From assembly GCA_965228735.1 (NCBI GenBank), contig OZ245838.1, positions 6,848,001 to 6,912,000 of the forward strand: DNA of 64,000 nt, written 5' to 3'. The translations under genes and the position numbers were made by a program. The notes under the pieces were generated by a model, which was not told where the DNA came from, did no database searches, and was given only the letters and a program-made list of their open reading frames with translations. Shown here piece after piece: positions 48,250-58,379 of the stretch. Origin of the DNA: Planctomycetota bacterium. GTDB lineage: Bacteria > Planctomycetota > UBA1135 > UBA2386. Numbering within the stretch: the first letter of the stretch is position 1; each line of letters opens with the position of its first letter.

Positions 48250-49686
48250 TCAGTTGCCGACCCGCAGGCCGATCGCGTTCGAGGTCAGGACTTCGTACTG
48301 GAACGGCACGACCGCGCTCGGATCCGGCACGAGGAACTGCGCGAACAGATCGACCCCGACGAACGCGGGGTTGGCCGGAATACTGACGGCGAAGCGGGCT
48401 GCGCCGTTCGTCGGGAGCACGACGACGGGAGCGTCGGCCGCGACCCGCAGCGGACATAGGCTCGCCACTCCGAACGTAGCGAGCGATGTCGGTAGGGGGA
48501 TCGGGCCCGAGAACTGGTCGGACAGTCCGAGCGCGAGCACGCCGAACGCAGCGGTGCTCGGCCAGCGGGTGGCTGCGAGTTCGAGCTGGTTGCCGAGGAT
48601 CGGGCGGTCGTCGCCGACCGTGCCGAGCTCCGGTGCCGGCGTCGTGCCGAACGGCGACCGGCAGGCCGTTCCGAGGCTCGCGGTGCGGTTGCGACCCGGT
48701 CCGGCGCCACGCACGACCCAGTTGGTCCGGTTGGTGAGCGTCCGTACGAGAACCTGACCCGTGCTCCCGTCGAACGCCGCGCCGGCGTCCGGGCCGAGGT
48801 CGAATTCGCCGGAGGCGATCGGTGCGGACCAGGTCGATGCCGCCGGGTCGAACTCGAACACGTCGTTCAGCGCGTCGATCTGCAGCACGTTCGTGCCGTT
48901 GACGTTGACCAGCGTGTTCCTCGCGCCACCTGCGAGGACGAACACGTTGCGTTGCAGGTCGAACGCGAACGCTGCGCGATAACGGTCGGTCGGTGCATTG
49001 GGCGTCGAGACCTGGCTCCAGGATCCCTGGGAGTAGAGCCACGTGTCGTTCGACTGCACGGTCGGGCCCTGCGAGCCGCCGAACAGGACCGGCGGCCCGC
49101 CCGGACCGTTCGCGAACGACGCGAAGTCGCGTGCAGCAGGCGCGGTGCCCGGGCTCTGTTGCGTCCAGTTGGTGCCGTCGAAGGTCCACGTGTCGGCGAG
49201 CAAGGTCGTGTTCGGCGCGCGCCCGCCGAACAGCACGATCGACCCCGTAGCGGATTCGAACGCCAGCGCTGTTGCGATCCTGGGCGGGGGCGACGTGCTC
49301 GTTGCGACCTGCAGCCAGCCGCTCGCGTTGAACGTCCACGTCTCGTTCGAGAAGCCGCTGGCGCCGGCGCCGCCGAAGAGCACGACCGTCTGTCGCACGA
49401 GGTCGCTCGCGAGCGCGTAGTCCTGGACGGCGGCGGGGCCGGTGTCGGGCAGGCGGAGCCATTGCCGGCCGTCGAAGCTCCACGACTCCCCGCGGCTGAA
49501 GACGAACGGTTCGAACGTCGGCGACGATGTCAGTGTGCCATGGCCAGCGAAGGCCGGGCTGCCACCGTTCGCCGAGATCACGCGGGCGATCGCGATTTCG
49601 CTCTGGGCCGTGATGACGTCGCCTGGGCCGAAGATCGAGCTGGCCGTGAGGAGCGTCAGCGAGAAGCAGTGTGGAGGAAGTCGCAT
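48250..49686 (-). CDS. Secreted Kelch-like repeat protein with conserved C-terminal domain
   Basis: Repeated 'VLFGG...(N/D)TW.F.G..W'; C-terminal domain shared with the CDSs at 13465 and 23185. Confidence 0.82.
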   Translation of the reverse strand: MRLPPHCFSLTLLTASSIFGPGDVITAQSEIAIARVISANGGSPAFAGHGTLTSSPTFEPFVFSRGESWSFDGRQWLRLPDTGPAAVQDYALASDLVRQTVVLFGGAGASGFSNETWTFNASGWLQVATSTSPPPRIATALAFESATGSIVLFGGRAPNTTLLADTWTFDGTNWTQQSPGTAPAARDFASFANGPGGPPVLFGGSQGPTVQSNDTWLYSQGSWSQVSTPNAPTDRYRAAFAFDLQRNVFVLAGGARNTLVNVNGTNVLQIDALNDVFEFDPAASTWSAPIASGEFDLGPDAGAAFDGSTGQVLVRTLTNRTNWVVRGAGPGRNRTASLGTACRSPFGTTPAPELGTVGDDRPILGNQLELAATRWPSTAAFGVLALGLSDQFSGPIPLPTSLATFGVASLCPLRVAADAPVVVLPTNGAARFAVSIPANPAFVGVDLFAQFLVPDPSAVVPFQYEVLTSNAIGLRVGN

Positions 49687-49853
49687 AGCGGCGCGCGGTC
49701 GGGGATGCCGGGGATAGCCACCGTGCGAGCGGCCGTAACCCGTGAATCGCCGGTGCTGGCCGACTTGCCGAATGGTGACATCGTGACGCCTTGACGGGAG
49801 CTGCGTAGTCCGGGAGGGTGGGGGCTCGTCGCACCCGCTGCAGAAGGAGAGTC

Positions 49854-52025
49854 ATGCGCTGTCTCGCATTCACGGTAGTTCTCGGCCTCTGTTCCCAGTC
49901 GGTCCTTTCGCAGGCGGAGCCGGCGGATGCAGCCGAAGTTGCGTTCGATGCCGGCCGCGCCGAGGTGCAGGAGCTGATGGGGAAGGCGAAGTGGGCCGAC
50001 GCCAAGTCCGCGCTGCAGAAGCTGCTCAGCGCTCACGAGAGCAAGATCTACGTGCAGGCGCAGCGGGACGCGATCGTCGCGGACTTCACCGCGTGCTGCT
50101 TCTACGCGCACGCCAGGATGCCCGAGTTGCGTGACGTGCTCGACGGCAAGGTCGCGTCGTGGTCGGAGCGAACGGGCAAGGTCAAGCTGCAGTACGACAA
50201 CCTGGCGCAGGACTGGGAAGACCAGGAGGGACTGCTCGTTCATCCCGCCGTGTTCGCGGGCAGTTACTCGATCACGTTGAAGGGCAAGTCCTATCCGCAC
50301 ATGAACGAACCCCTCCGGGTGTTCTTCGACCTCGATACGAGCGGTGGGGTCCACGTCGCTGGCTTCGGGCATGGCGAACAGGACGTCGGCAATGGCGTGC
50401 AATGGCTGCCGGCATCCGTCTGGTACTACGGCCCGGCCAAGGGGGACGAGCGGCTCCTCGGGAAGGACCGGTCGAAGGCGGAGCCGGGCGAGCGCTACAC
50501 CGCGACGGTGCGCGTCAGCGGCAACCGCGTCGATCTGCTCTACAACAAGCGGTCGATGCTGCGGGTGAAGCGCGAGGACGCCGGCGGGGGGCGGGTCGGC
50601 ATCTTCACGGCGGGCTACGACTCGGTGGAACTCGAAGGCAAGCTCGAACCTGGCTGGTTCCAGAGCTGTGTCGACGAAGAGCTCGCGAAGCAGCGCGCGG
50701 AGTTCGACAAGACGTTTCGCGCGAACGAGGAGCTGCCGAAGTGGCTGTTCGAGCAGCCGCGCATCGAGCGCACGCCGGCGCGCAGTGCGTCGTGGCTGCC
50801 GGGTGTGCGCGGTCGCATCTCGCCGGGCCTCTCGAACGTGCTCGACCTGTGGCGGGATGGCAAGCTGCCTGCTGCCCGGGAAGCACTCACCGGTCTGTCC
50901 GATAACGACGCCGAGCCCGTCACGCGTAGGTTCATCGACGCCAGCCTGCTGCTCGCGCGTGGGCGCGGCGAGGAGGCCATCGTGATCAGCGAGAAGCTCG
51001 TCGCGGAGGACCCCGAGTCGAGTCAGCTGGCCGTCCTGCACGCGGACATCCTCGACTCGCTCGGGCGCGGCGACGACGCGATCACGACGTTGCGCGCGGC
51101 GCTCGGGAGCGATCCGGGTGAGCCGCGGGTCTACGACAAGCTCTGCGTCGCGCTGATGAGCGCGGGACATGCTGACGAGGCCGCGCGACTCGTGCGTTCG
51201 GGCAAGACCCGCCACGGCCTCTGGGACGATCTCGCGCAGCTCGACACGCTGCTCGCGATGGCGGCGCGGGGTCCGGCGTTCGCGCGTCGATTCAGCTACC
51301 GGACGACGCACTACGAGGTCGTCTCCGACATCGACACGAAGGTCTGCCAGCGCGCGTGCGCGATCCTCGAGGCCAGCTACGTCAACCTCATGGCGCAGTT
51401 CTCGTGGTTGCGCAGCAAGCAGAAGCAGCCGCGCTTCCGCGTCTTCTTGTTCTCGGGCGAGGACGGCTATCAGGCGTACTGCCAGGCGATCCTCGGTTCG
51501 ACGGCGCCACACACGGCAGGGCTGTACTCGCCGGTGCTGAAGCAGCTCCTGATCTGGAACCTGCCGAAGCGCGAGGACATGGAGCGCACGATCCGGCACG
51601 AGGGCTTCCACCAGTTCCTCGATCGCCTGATGAGCAACCCGCCGACGTGGCTCAACGAGGGCACCGCGGAATACTGGGAGACCGCGGAGCGCGAGCAGGG
51701 GCGGCTGACGGGCGGCCAGGTCCGGCGAGACCACATCGCGACGCTCGTGCGCAGCCGCCGGGCACTGCCGTCACCGAAGGACTTCGTCTACGGCAACCGC
51801 GCCGACTTCTACGCCAACGCGCAGCTGCGCTACGCGCAGGCCTGGGCGACCGTGCACTTCCTCCGGGAGAGCGGTCGCAAGAACGCGGCGCTGTTCGAGA
51901 AGCTCTGGGAAGAACTGCGTTCGGCCGGCAGCACGCGGAACGCCCTCGATGCCGCGTTCGCGAAGGTCGATTGGGAGGAGTTCGAGACGGCGTTCTGGGA
52001 GCACCTCGACGCGCTGAAGAACTGA
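49854..52025 (+). CDS. Secreted TPR + DUF1570-like (HExxH gluzincin) protein
   Basis: SD AAGGAGA; TPRs; 'HEGFHQ...PTWLNEGTAEY', 'YAQAW..VHFL'. Confidence 0.8.
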   Translation: MRCLAFTVVLGLCSQSVLSQAEPADAAEVAFDAGRAEVQELMGKAKWADAKSALQKLLSAHESKIYVQAQRDAIVADFTACCFYAHARMPELRDVLDGKVASWSERTGKVKLQYDNLAQDWEDQEGLLVHPAVFAGSYSITLKGKSYPHMNEPLRVFFDLDTSGGVHVAGFGHGEQDVGNGVQWLPASVWYYGPAKGDERLLGKDRSKAEPGERYTATVRVSGNRVDLLYNKRSMLRVKREDAGGGRVGIFTAGYDSVELEGKLEPGWFQSCVDEELAKQRAEFDKTFRANEELPKWLFEQPRIERTPARSASWLPGVRGRISPGLSNVLDLWRDGKLPAAREALTGLSDNDAEPVTRRFIDASLLLARGRGEEAIVISEKLVAEDPESSQLAVLHADILDSLGRGDDAITTLRAALGSDPGEPRVYDKLCVALMSAGHADEAARLVRSGKTRHGLWDDLAQLDTLLAMAARGPAFARRFSYRTTHYEVVSDIDTKVCQRACAILEASYVNLMAQFSWLRSKQKQPRFRVFLFSGEDGYQAYCQAILGSTAPHTAGLYSPVLKQLLIWNLPKREDMERTIRHEGFHQFLDRLMSNPPTWLNEGTAEYWETAEREQGRLTGGQVRRDHIATLVRSRRALPSPKDFVYGNRADFYANAQLRYAQAWATVHFLRESGRKNAALFEKLWEELRSAGSTRNALDAAFAKVDWEEFETAFWEHLDALKN

Positions 52026-52123
52026 GGCAGCGGGTGCGCGAGGCCAACGGAGCGCGCGATCCCCTCAAGGTCTTGCCGGCCCGCTATGCTGTGACATCCC
52101 ACTGCCAATACCCCGGGATTGCC

Positions 52124-52213
52124 ATGCGCCGACGATTCGTGTTCCTGCTGCCGCTCCTGTATGCATTCCCTGCGATGGGGCAGGCGGCGACGTACACCGA
52201 AAGCCCGTTCTGA
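52124..52213 (+). pseudogene. Signal-peptide-only mini ORF (truncated secreted protein or small peptide)
   Basis: MRRRFVFLLPLLYAFPAMG|QAATYTESPF*. Confidence 0.4.
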
Positions 52214-52350
52214 TCCCGGCTGCGGCGGGCTGGCGTCGCGCCGCCGGGCGCTCGCCGAATGACCTCTCGTCCGTGGGGAACGACGTTCACGTGAACTTTC
52301 CGTGACGTCGCCGACACCAACATGTGTTCCCCCAGATCAGAGAGGCACTC

Positions 52351-55300
52351 ATGCGCTCATCCACCGTGCGGGCCGCCTGGCTCGCCGTCGTGTCCCCGTT
52401 CGCTTCCGCCCTGGCCCAGGAGGAAGTCGTCGTCTACGAGGCCGTGACGAGCAACGGGCTCGCCGTTGCGGACGTGGGCAGTCACACGCTCGTGCTGGCG
52501 TGCCGACCCGACGACAACTCGGTGTTCGTCATCGACACCGCGACCAACACCGTGCTCGAGCGCGTGCCGGTCGGGCTGACGCCGATCGCAGTGACATGGG
52601 ATCCGACGACGTCGCGCTTCTTCACCGCGAACCGCATCGGGGACTCCGTGAGCGCCGTCGAGTTGACCGAGGTCGCGGGCCAGGTGCAGAGTCGACTGAT
52701 CGCGACGAGGCAGGTCTACGACGAGCCGATGGACGTCGCGATCGGTCCGGGCGGCCGCCTGCACGTCGTGATGGGGCGCAACGCGATACTCAGTCAGCTC
52801 GATGCGACGACCCTGCAAGAGTTGAACACGTATCTCATGACCGAGCCGTTCACCGCGGTCGACATCCTCCCGACGGGCGGTCTCGACCTCGCGTTGCAAG
52901 CCGCCTCGGCGCTGCGCGCGCCGCGACGAATCGTCGTCGACGGTCAGCGTGTGCACGTGCTCGACCTCAAGGGCGACACCGGTTGGGATGTCAACAACGG
53001 TACGTTCGGCGGCTTCAAGTACGACCTCGCGACCTTCGACTGCAGCGGTGCTGCGCCGGCGAGCGGGTTCCTGACCGGCACGCTGGGTTCGACCAACGAG
53101 GCGATGGTGCTCGGCAGTGACGGCAACCTCTACGTCGTCGGCGGCATGGCGCGCAACGACGTGACGGGCAACGGCAACCTCGAGATGATGAGCAGTGGCT
53201 TCGTCGAGAGTCGACTCTACGTCCGGTCCTCGGCGCACACCGCGACCACGACGGCTGCCGAACGTGACCTCAACCTCGACGCGATCGGCGGCACGCTCGC
53301 GGCCGGCGAGTCGATCTCGCAGCCCGCGGGTGTCGCGCTCCTCGAGTCCGGCGGCAACGTGAACAAGGTGTTCGTGTCGTCGTTCGGCACCGATCGCCTG
53401 CTCGAGCTGACGGTCAACGCCGGCGCGCCGTCGACCTGGGCGAGCGCCGTCATCACCGTGCCTGCCCCGGCGCTCGCCGAGACGATGAACGGGCCGCGCG
53501 ATCTCGAGATCGTCGACACGGCCAACGGACCGCGGCTCTACGTGCTGAACGAGCTCGGCGGTTCGGTCTCGGTGTTCGATCCGACCGTCGCCGCGACGGC
53601 GTCGACGGAGCTCGCGCGGGTCGCGCTCGCGCAGGTGCTCACGGACGATCAGCAGCGCGGTCGCCGCTTTCTTTACGACGCGCGGCTGTCGGGCAACGGC
53701 AAGGTGTCGTGCGCGTCGTGTCACATCGACGGCCGCACGGACAGCTTGAGCTGGCACCTCGGCGATGCCACGAGCCCGCACGAAGCGGGCGAGACGATCC
53801 CGTACGCCGATGATCCGCTCGGTCCCAAGCCGCTGAACTGGCTCATCGACGGCGTGATCGAGCCCAACGGTGAACTCCTCGAGGACCCCAACACGACCGG
53901 CGCGTTCGCGTTTCCCAAGAACAAGGGCCGCATGGTCACGCAGTCGCTGCAGGGGCTCGTCGAGCACCCGGTCAACGACGATGCGCAGTTCATGTTCTCG
54001 ACGGGCGTGCTGCACTGGCGCGGCGATCGGATGACGCTCGACTCGTTCAACGAGGCGTTCGTCAACCTGCTCGGTGCGCCGTCGGTCATGGGCAGCCCGG
54101 CGAGCGGTCCGGATGCGAAGGGGCTGACGACGACCGAGATGGAGCTCTTTCGCCGGTACGTGTTCGACATCCGCTACGAGCCCAACGCCGATCAGCCGCG
54201 GGACCGCGTCCACTCGGGTGCGATGGACGATCTGCCGACGCTCGGCTCCGGCGGCATGCGCGGACTGCAGATGTTCTTGTCGCGGCCCAACTCGCCGTTC
54301 GGCCCCGGCGGCCAACCGTCCGCCCAGGGACTCGGCTTTGCCGGGCGCTCGTGCGTGCAGTGCCACTCGCTGCCGGGTGGGACGAACGGGCGGCTCTGCC
54401 TGCTCGGCACGATTCTGCTCGACACCGGCTTCGGCGACGACCAGGCGCAGAAGAGCGCGCAACTGCGCGGGCTGACGCATCGCGAGGGCGTCGTCGAGTT
54501 CTTGCCCGTCGAACTGCACGAGGTCGGTCCGTTGACCGGTGTGGTGCCCAACCCGCGCGGCCTGCCGCGCACCGGTGAGTCCGGCATGTCGCACGCTGGC
54601 ACGGAGATCGAGGACCTGCCGTTCAACATCAACCGCTTCGCGTCGCTGTTCTTCAACGCGTTCTACGACTTCCCCAACGACACCGAGGAACTCGCGCGGC
54701 TGACGGACCTCGTGACCTTCCTGCGCGAGCTCGACAGCGGCACGGCGCCGGTCATCGGCCTCGTCGAGACGTTCGACAACGGCGCCGGCGTGACCGCGTC
54801 CGTCGACCTCATGGAAGCGCAGGCGTTCGAGGCCAACTGCGACGTCGTCGTGCACGTCGTCGACGGCTCGCCCCCGGTGTTGCGCGGCTATTACCTCGAC
54901 GTGCTCGCGTCGAGCACGGCGCCCGTGACTCCACGTTACCGCGAGGCCACGGCGGGCGTCGGGCCGCTCGTCACGCGCGCCACGCTGCTGCAGAACGCGA
55001 CCGCGGTGTTCCAGGCCGTGCCGGTCGGCAGCGGCCGCCGCATCGCCGACCCTGCCGGCACGGGCGACTGGGCCGCGTTGACGGGGCCGGCCGCGAGCAA
55101 CGTCGTTCTCGAAGCGATGCGCCCGGCGACGCAGTGGCGTGAGGTCGCGTCGGTCTACAAGAACTGGAACCGCGGCACGGGCCCGGACGACTTCCAGTGG
55201 CTTACCGTCGCGAACCAGGGCGGCACATGGGTCAACTGGCCCAACGGCAACCCCGACCCGGCGTTCCCGCGCGCGCAGCGCCAGCTGCAGGCGGGCCTCC

Positions 55301-55764
55301 TCGACGATACCGGGACACCGCGGTTCGGCCTCACGGTCAACGCCAACGGTGAGTTCCATCACGAGCCACCGCGCCGTTTCCGCGTCAGCGGCGATGACAT
55401 CCGTCAGGGGGCCCGACTGCTGCTGCTGTTCAGCTCCGATCCCGTCCAGCCGGGCCCGAGCTCGAGCAACATCTCCTACATCGAGGCGCCGCTGTTCCCG
55501 GCCCTCGACCAGAGCACGGGCGAGCTCGTGTGGGAGACCGCGGTCGAGGCGAACGCGCTGACCACGCTGGCGCTGCTCCACGGTTCGGTCTACGTGCCGG
55601 GCGTCGAGCTCGTGACCCTCGGCGGCGTGCCAGATGGCCAGACGGCGATCGATCCCTACGCGCTCGACCCCGTGGCGCGCAACTGGTTCGCCCCGCTCGT
55701 CGTCAACGCCAACGGCGCCTGGTCGCTGCCGAGCTGGCAGCGGTTGACGATCACGGACAACTGA
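52351..55764 (+). CDS. Secreted YncE-like beta-propeller fused to di-heme cytochrome c (CCP/MauG-like) domain
   Basis: Signal peptide; 'VFVIDTATN.V..RVPVG..P' YVTN blades; CASCH and CVQCH heme motifs; 'LHWRGDR'. Confidence 0.8.
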   Translation: MRSSTVRAAWLAVVSPFASALAQEEVVVYEAVTSNGLAVADVGSHTLVLACRPDDNSVFVIDTATNTVLERVPVGLTPIAVTWDPTTSRFFTANRIGDSVSAVELTEVAGQVQSRLIATRQVYDEPMDVAIGPGGRLHVVMGRNAILSQLDATTLQELNTYLMTEPFTAVDILPTGGLDLALQAASALRAPRRIVVDGQRVHVLDLKGDTGWDVNNGTFGGFKYDLATFDCSGAAPASGFLTGTLGSTNEAMVLGSDGNLYVVGGMARNDVTGNGNLEMMSSGFVESRLYVRSSAHTATTTAAERDLNLDAIGGTLAAGESISQPAGVALLESGGNVNKVFVSSFGTDRLLELTVNAGAPSTWASAVITVPAPALAETMNGPRDLEIVDTANGPRLYVLNELGGSVSVFDPTVAATASTELARVALAQVLTDDQQRGRRFLYDARLSGNGKVSCASCHIDGRTDSLSWHLGDATSPHEAGETIPYADDPLGPKPLNWLIDGVIEPNGELLEDPNTTGAFAFPKNKGRMVTQSLQGLVEHPVNDDAQFMFSTGVLHWRGDRMTLDSFNEAFVNLLGAPSVMGSPASGPDAKGLTTTEMELFRRYVFDIRYEPNADQPRDRVHSGAMDDLPTLGSGGMRGLQMFLSRPNSPFGPGGQPSAQGLGFAGRSCVQCHSLPGGTNGRLCLLGTILLDTGFGDDQAQKSAQLRGLTHREGVVEFLPVELHEVGPLTGVVPNPRGLPRTGESGMSHAGTEIEDLPFNINRFASLFFNAFYDFPNDTEELARLTDLVTFLRELDSGTAPVIGLVETFDNGAGVTASVDLMEAQAFEANCDVVVHVVDGSPPVLRGYYLDVLASSTAPVTPRYREATAGVGPLVTRATLLQNATAVFQAVPVGSGRRIADPAGTGDWAALTGPAASNVVLEAMRPATQWREVASVYKNWNRGTGPDDFQWLTVANQGGTWVNWPNGNPDPAFPRAQRQLQAGLLDDTGTPRFGLTVNANGEFHHEPPRRFRVSGDDIRQGARLLLLFSSDPVQPGPSSSNISYIEAPLFPALDQSTGELVWETAVEANALTTLALLHGSVYVPGVELVTLGGVPDGQTAIDPYALDPVARNWFAPLVVNANGAWSLPSWQRLTITDN

Positions 55765-56109
55765 GGCCTCGAGCCGGCGAGTTCTGCGGAACGTCGGGTG
55801 GTCGACGCCCGTGCCATCGGGCCGACCGCTGGGGATCGACTCGCGGAAATGCGCCCTCGCGACCGATGTTGCCCAGTTGCGTCGGTTCGGGCGCCCGACG
55901 GAGGTCGAGATGAGCCAGACCGGGGCGCCGGTATGGCGCTACCACACCGACACCGAAATCCTCTCGGTCGACGTCTCGGTGGGCGGCTACGTGATCGGCA
56001 TGCGGCGACGCGAGCGGCGGAGCTGATTCCGCGAGGCCAACGGCGATTCGAATCCAGCAACGGGGCGAGCGTCAGCCGCGGCTAACATGCGGTGGCCTCA
56101 GGAACCGCC

Positions 56110-57342
56110 ATGAACCCTCGTCTCGCTGTCTCGTTCGCCGCCGCGGTCACCGTCGCGCTGGCCTCGTCCTCTCCGGCCGCAGCCCAGAAGCTGCAGGTCT
56201 ACATCCTCGCGGGGCAGTCCAACATGCAGGGTCACGCCAAGACCTCGACGCTGGACTACCTCGCCGACGATCCGGCGACGGCGCCGTTGCTCGAGCGGCT
56301 GCGGCCGAACGGCAAACCCGTCGTGCGTGACGACGTCTGGATCTCCTATCTCACGGGCGGTCGCGGCGGTGATGGCGTCGGCGCCGGTCCGCTCACGTTC
56401 GGCTACGGCGCGCGCAGTCAGGCGACCGAGCCCGGCGAGAAGATCGGGCCGGAGCTCGCGTTCGGCGTCACGGTCGGCGACGCGACGGACGACCCGGTGC
56501 TGCTCATCAAGACGGCGTGGGGCGGCAAATCGCTCAACACCGACTTCCGCCCGCCGTCGGCCGGACCGTACGTGTTCGACGCCGCGCAACGCGAGCGGCT
56601 CGAGGCTCAGGGCAAGTGGGAGTCGGCAGCGGCGAAGCGGCGCGCGGCGACCGGCGTCTACTATCGGAAGATGATCGAGCACGTGCGCGCCGTGCTCGCG
56701 GATCCGGGCAAGGTGTGTCCGAAATACGACCCCGAGGCCGGGTTCGAGATCGCGGGGTTCGTGTGGTTCCAGGGCTGGAACGACATGGTCGATCGCGGCA
56801 CGTATCCGAACCGCGGCAAGCCGGGCGGCTACGACGCCTACTCCGAGGTCATGGCGCACTTCATCCGCGACGTGCGCAAGGACCTCGGCGTCCCGGAGCT
56901 GCCGTTCGTGATCGGCGTGATGGGCGTCAACGGCAAGCTGAAGCCGGGGGAACGCTATACGCCCGTGCATGGCAGCTTTCGCGAGGCGATGGCCGCCCCG
57001 GCGCGGTTGCCCGAGTTCGCCGGGACCGTTGCCGCGGTGCGCACCGCGCCATTCTGGGATGCCAAGCTGCAGGAGATCGCCGAACTGCAGGGCAAGGTGC
57101 AGGGCATGAGCCGCAAGCTGAAGCGGCAAGCCAAGGACGGCCCGAACGCCGACGGCTCGATGACGCCAGCGCAGCAGAAGAAGTGGCTCGCCGACTACCG
57201 CAACGAGGTGGTCGGCGCGGAGCGCGAAGCGATCTGGCGGCGCGGCGCGTCCAACGCGGGCTACCACTACCTCGGCGCGGCCAAGACTTTGATGCAGATC
57301 GGTGAGGCGTTCGGCGAGGCCGCGCTGAAGCTGCGGAGATAG
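56110..57342 (+). CDS. Sialate O-acetylesterase / CE6-like SGNH esterase
   Basis: 'ILAGQSNMQG', 'GPELAFG', 'IKTAWGGKSL', 'WFQG', 'YHY'. Confidence 0.88.
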   Translation: MNPRLAVSFAAAVTVALASSSPAAAQKLQVYILAGQSNMQGHAKTSTLDYLADDPATAPLLERLRPNGKPVVRDDVWISYLTGGRGGDGVGAGPLTFGYGARSQATEPGEKIGPELAFGVTVGDATDDPVLLIKTAWGGKSLNTDFRPPSAGPYVFDAAQRERLEAQGKWESAAAKRRAATGVYYRKMIEHVRAVLADPGKVCPKYDPEAGFEIAGFVWFQGWNDMVDRGTYPNRGKPGGYDAYSEVMAHFIRDVRKDLGVPELPFVIGVMGVNGKLKPGERYTPVHGSFREAMAAPARLPEFAGTVAAVRTAPFWDAKLQEIAELQGKVQGMSRKLKRQAKDGPNADGSMTPAQQKKWLADYRNEVVGAEREAIWRRGASNAGYHYLGAAKTLMQIGEAFGEAALKLRR

Positions 57343-57405
57343 ACCCGGACCGTCACGATCGACGGATCCCGGGAACCCGTTGCGCGGATCGGCGTCCAGT
57401 CGGGC

Positions 57406-58365
57406 ATGGCCATGCTTCGAGTCGGGCGCGTTCTCGTCGTTATGATACCGGCTGGGCTGTCGGTCCTGCCGGCCCAGACGGGTGACGCGGCGGCGGCAGC
57501 TGCGACTGATCTGCGGAAGGCGCCGAGCCTCGACGACGAGGCGATCGGCTACGCCGGGATCAAGAGCGCCGCGTATCGCGCCTACGAACGCCTGCGGGAT
57601 GCGGCCACCGCGGCCGAGCTCATCGTGTGGGTAGGTGATGATTCGCCGATGCTGCGGTGCTACGCGTTTCGGGCGCTGGTCGAGAAGCACCCGGACGTTG
57701 CGCTCGGGCCGCTCCTGTTGCCGCAACTCGGCGACCGCAGCAAGGTCACGACGATGCGCGGCTGCATGCGCGCCGAGCGCTACGCCACCGACGTTCTGCT
57801 CGAGCTGGCCGCGCCCGTATTGCCCGTCGCCGACCAGCGCGCGCTCCACGCCCGGCTCGTCCGCGACGAAACGGCGCCCGCGCTCGATGCGCGCGGTCGG
57901 GCGCTGCGCTCCGAGAAGTTCGCGAAGGATCTCCTGCCGGTGATCGAACGGCTCGCGCGCGGCGGCGACGACGAAGCGCTCATCGCGCTGATGCGCTACG
58001 GCCGACCCGCGGACCTCGCGCTGCTGCGCGAACGTCTGCAGGCCGACCGTGGCCTGAAGGAGCTGCACTTCGTGCTGTGGGCCGCCGAGGTGCGGCCGGA
58101 CCCGGCGCTCATGCCGCTGCTCGCCGCGATCGCGCCGAAGGCGCATCGGCAGCTGCGGCGGGACACCGGGCACCGGATGCGCCAGTGGTTCGCGGCCGTC
58201 GCGGCCCAGCGCAGCGAAGCGGCGGCCGCGACCTTGCGGGCGTTCGTGCGCGACACGGACGCGTCCGAGTCACGCCAGCGCAGCATGCGCACCTGCCTGC
58301 GCAAAGTGCTCGAGAAGCACGCGGGGGTCGCGGTCTACGACGAGCTTCGCCGTTCGCTCGAGTGA
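57406..58365 (+). CDS. Secreted alpha-helical (HEAT-like) hypothetical protein
   Basis: Signal peptide; 'SPMLRCYAFRAL'; helical repeats. Confidence 0.6.
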   Translation: MAMLRVGRVLVVMIPAGLSVLPAQTGDAAAAAATDLRKAPSLDDEAIGYAGIKSAAYRAYERLRDAATAAELIVWVGDDSPMLRCYAFRALVEKHPDVALGPLLLPQLGDRSKVTTMRGCMRAERYATDVLLELAAPVLPVADQRALHARLVRDETAPALDARGRALRSEKFAKDLLPVIERLARGGDDEALIALMRYGRPADLALLRERLQADRGLKELHFVLWAAEVRPDPALMPLLAAIAPKAHRQLRRDTGHRMRQWFAAVAAQRSEAAAATLRAFVRDTDASESRQRSMRTCLRKVLEKHAGVAVYDELRRSLE

Positions 58366-58379
58366 GTCACTCGATCGCG

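Noticed and set aside
55811..56026. 71-aa ORF with BamE/SmpA-like 'FGRP...VWRY'
   Set aside because: Motif too short and no signal peptide; at most a fragment
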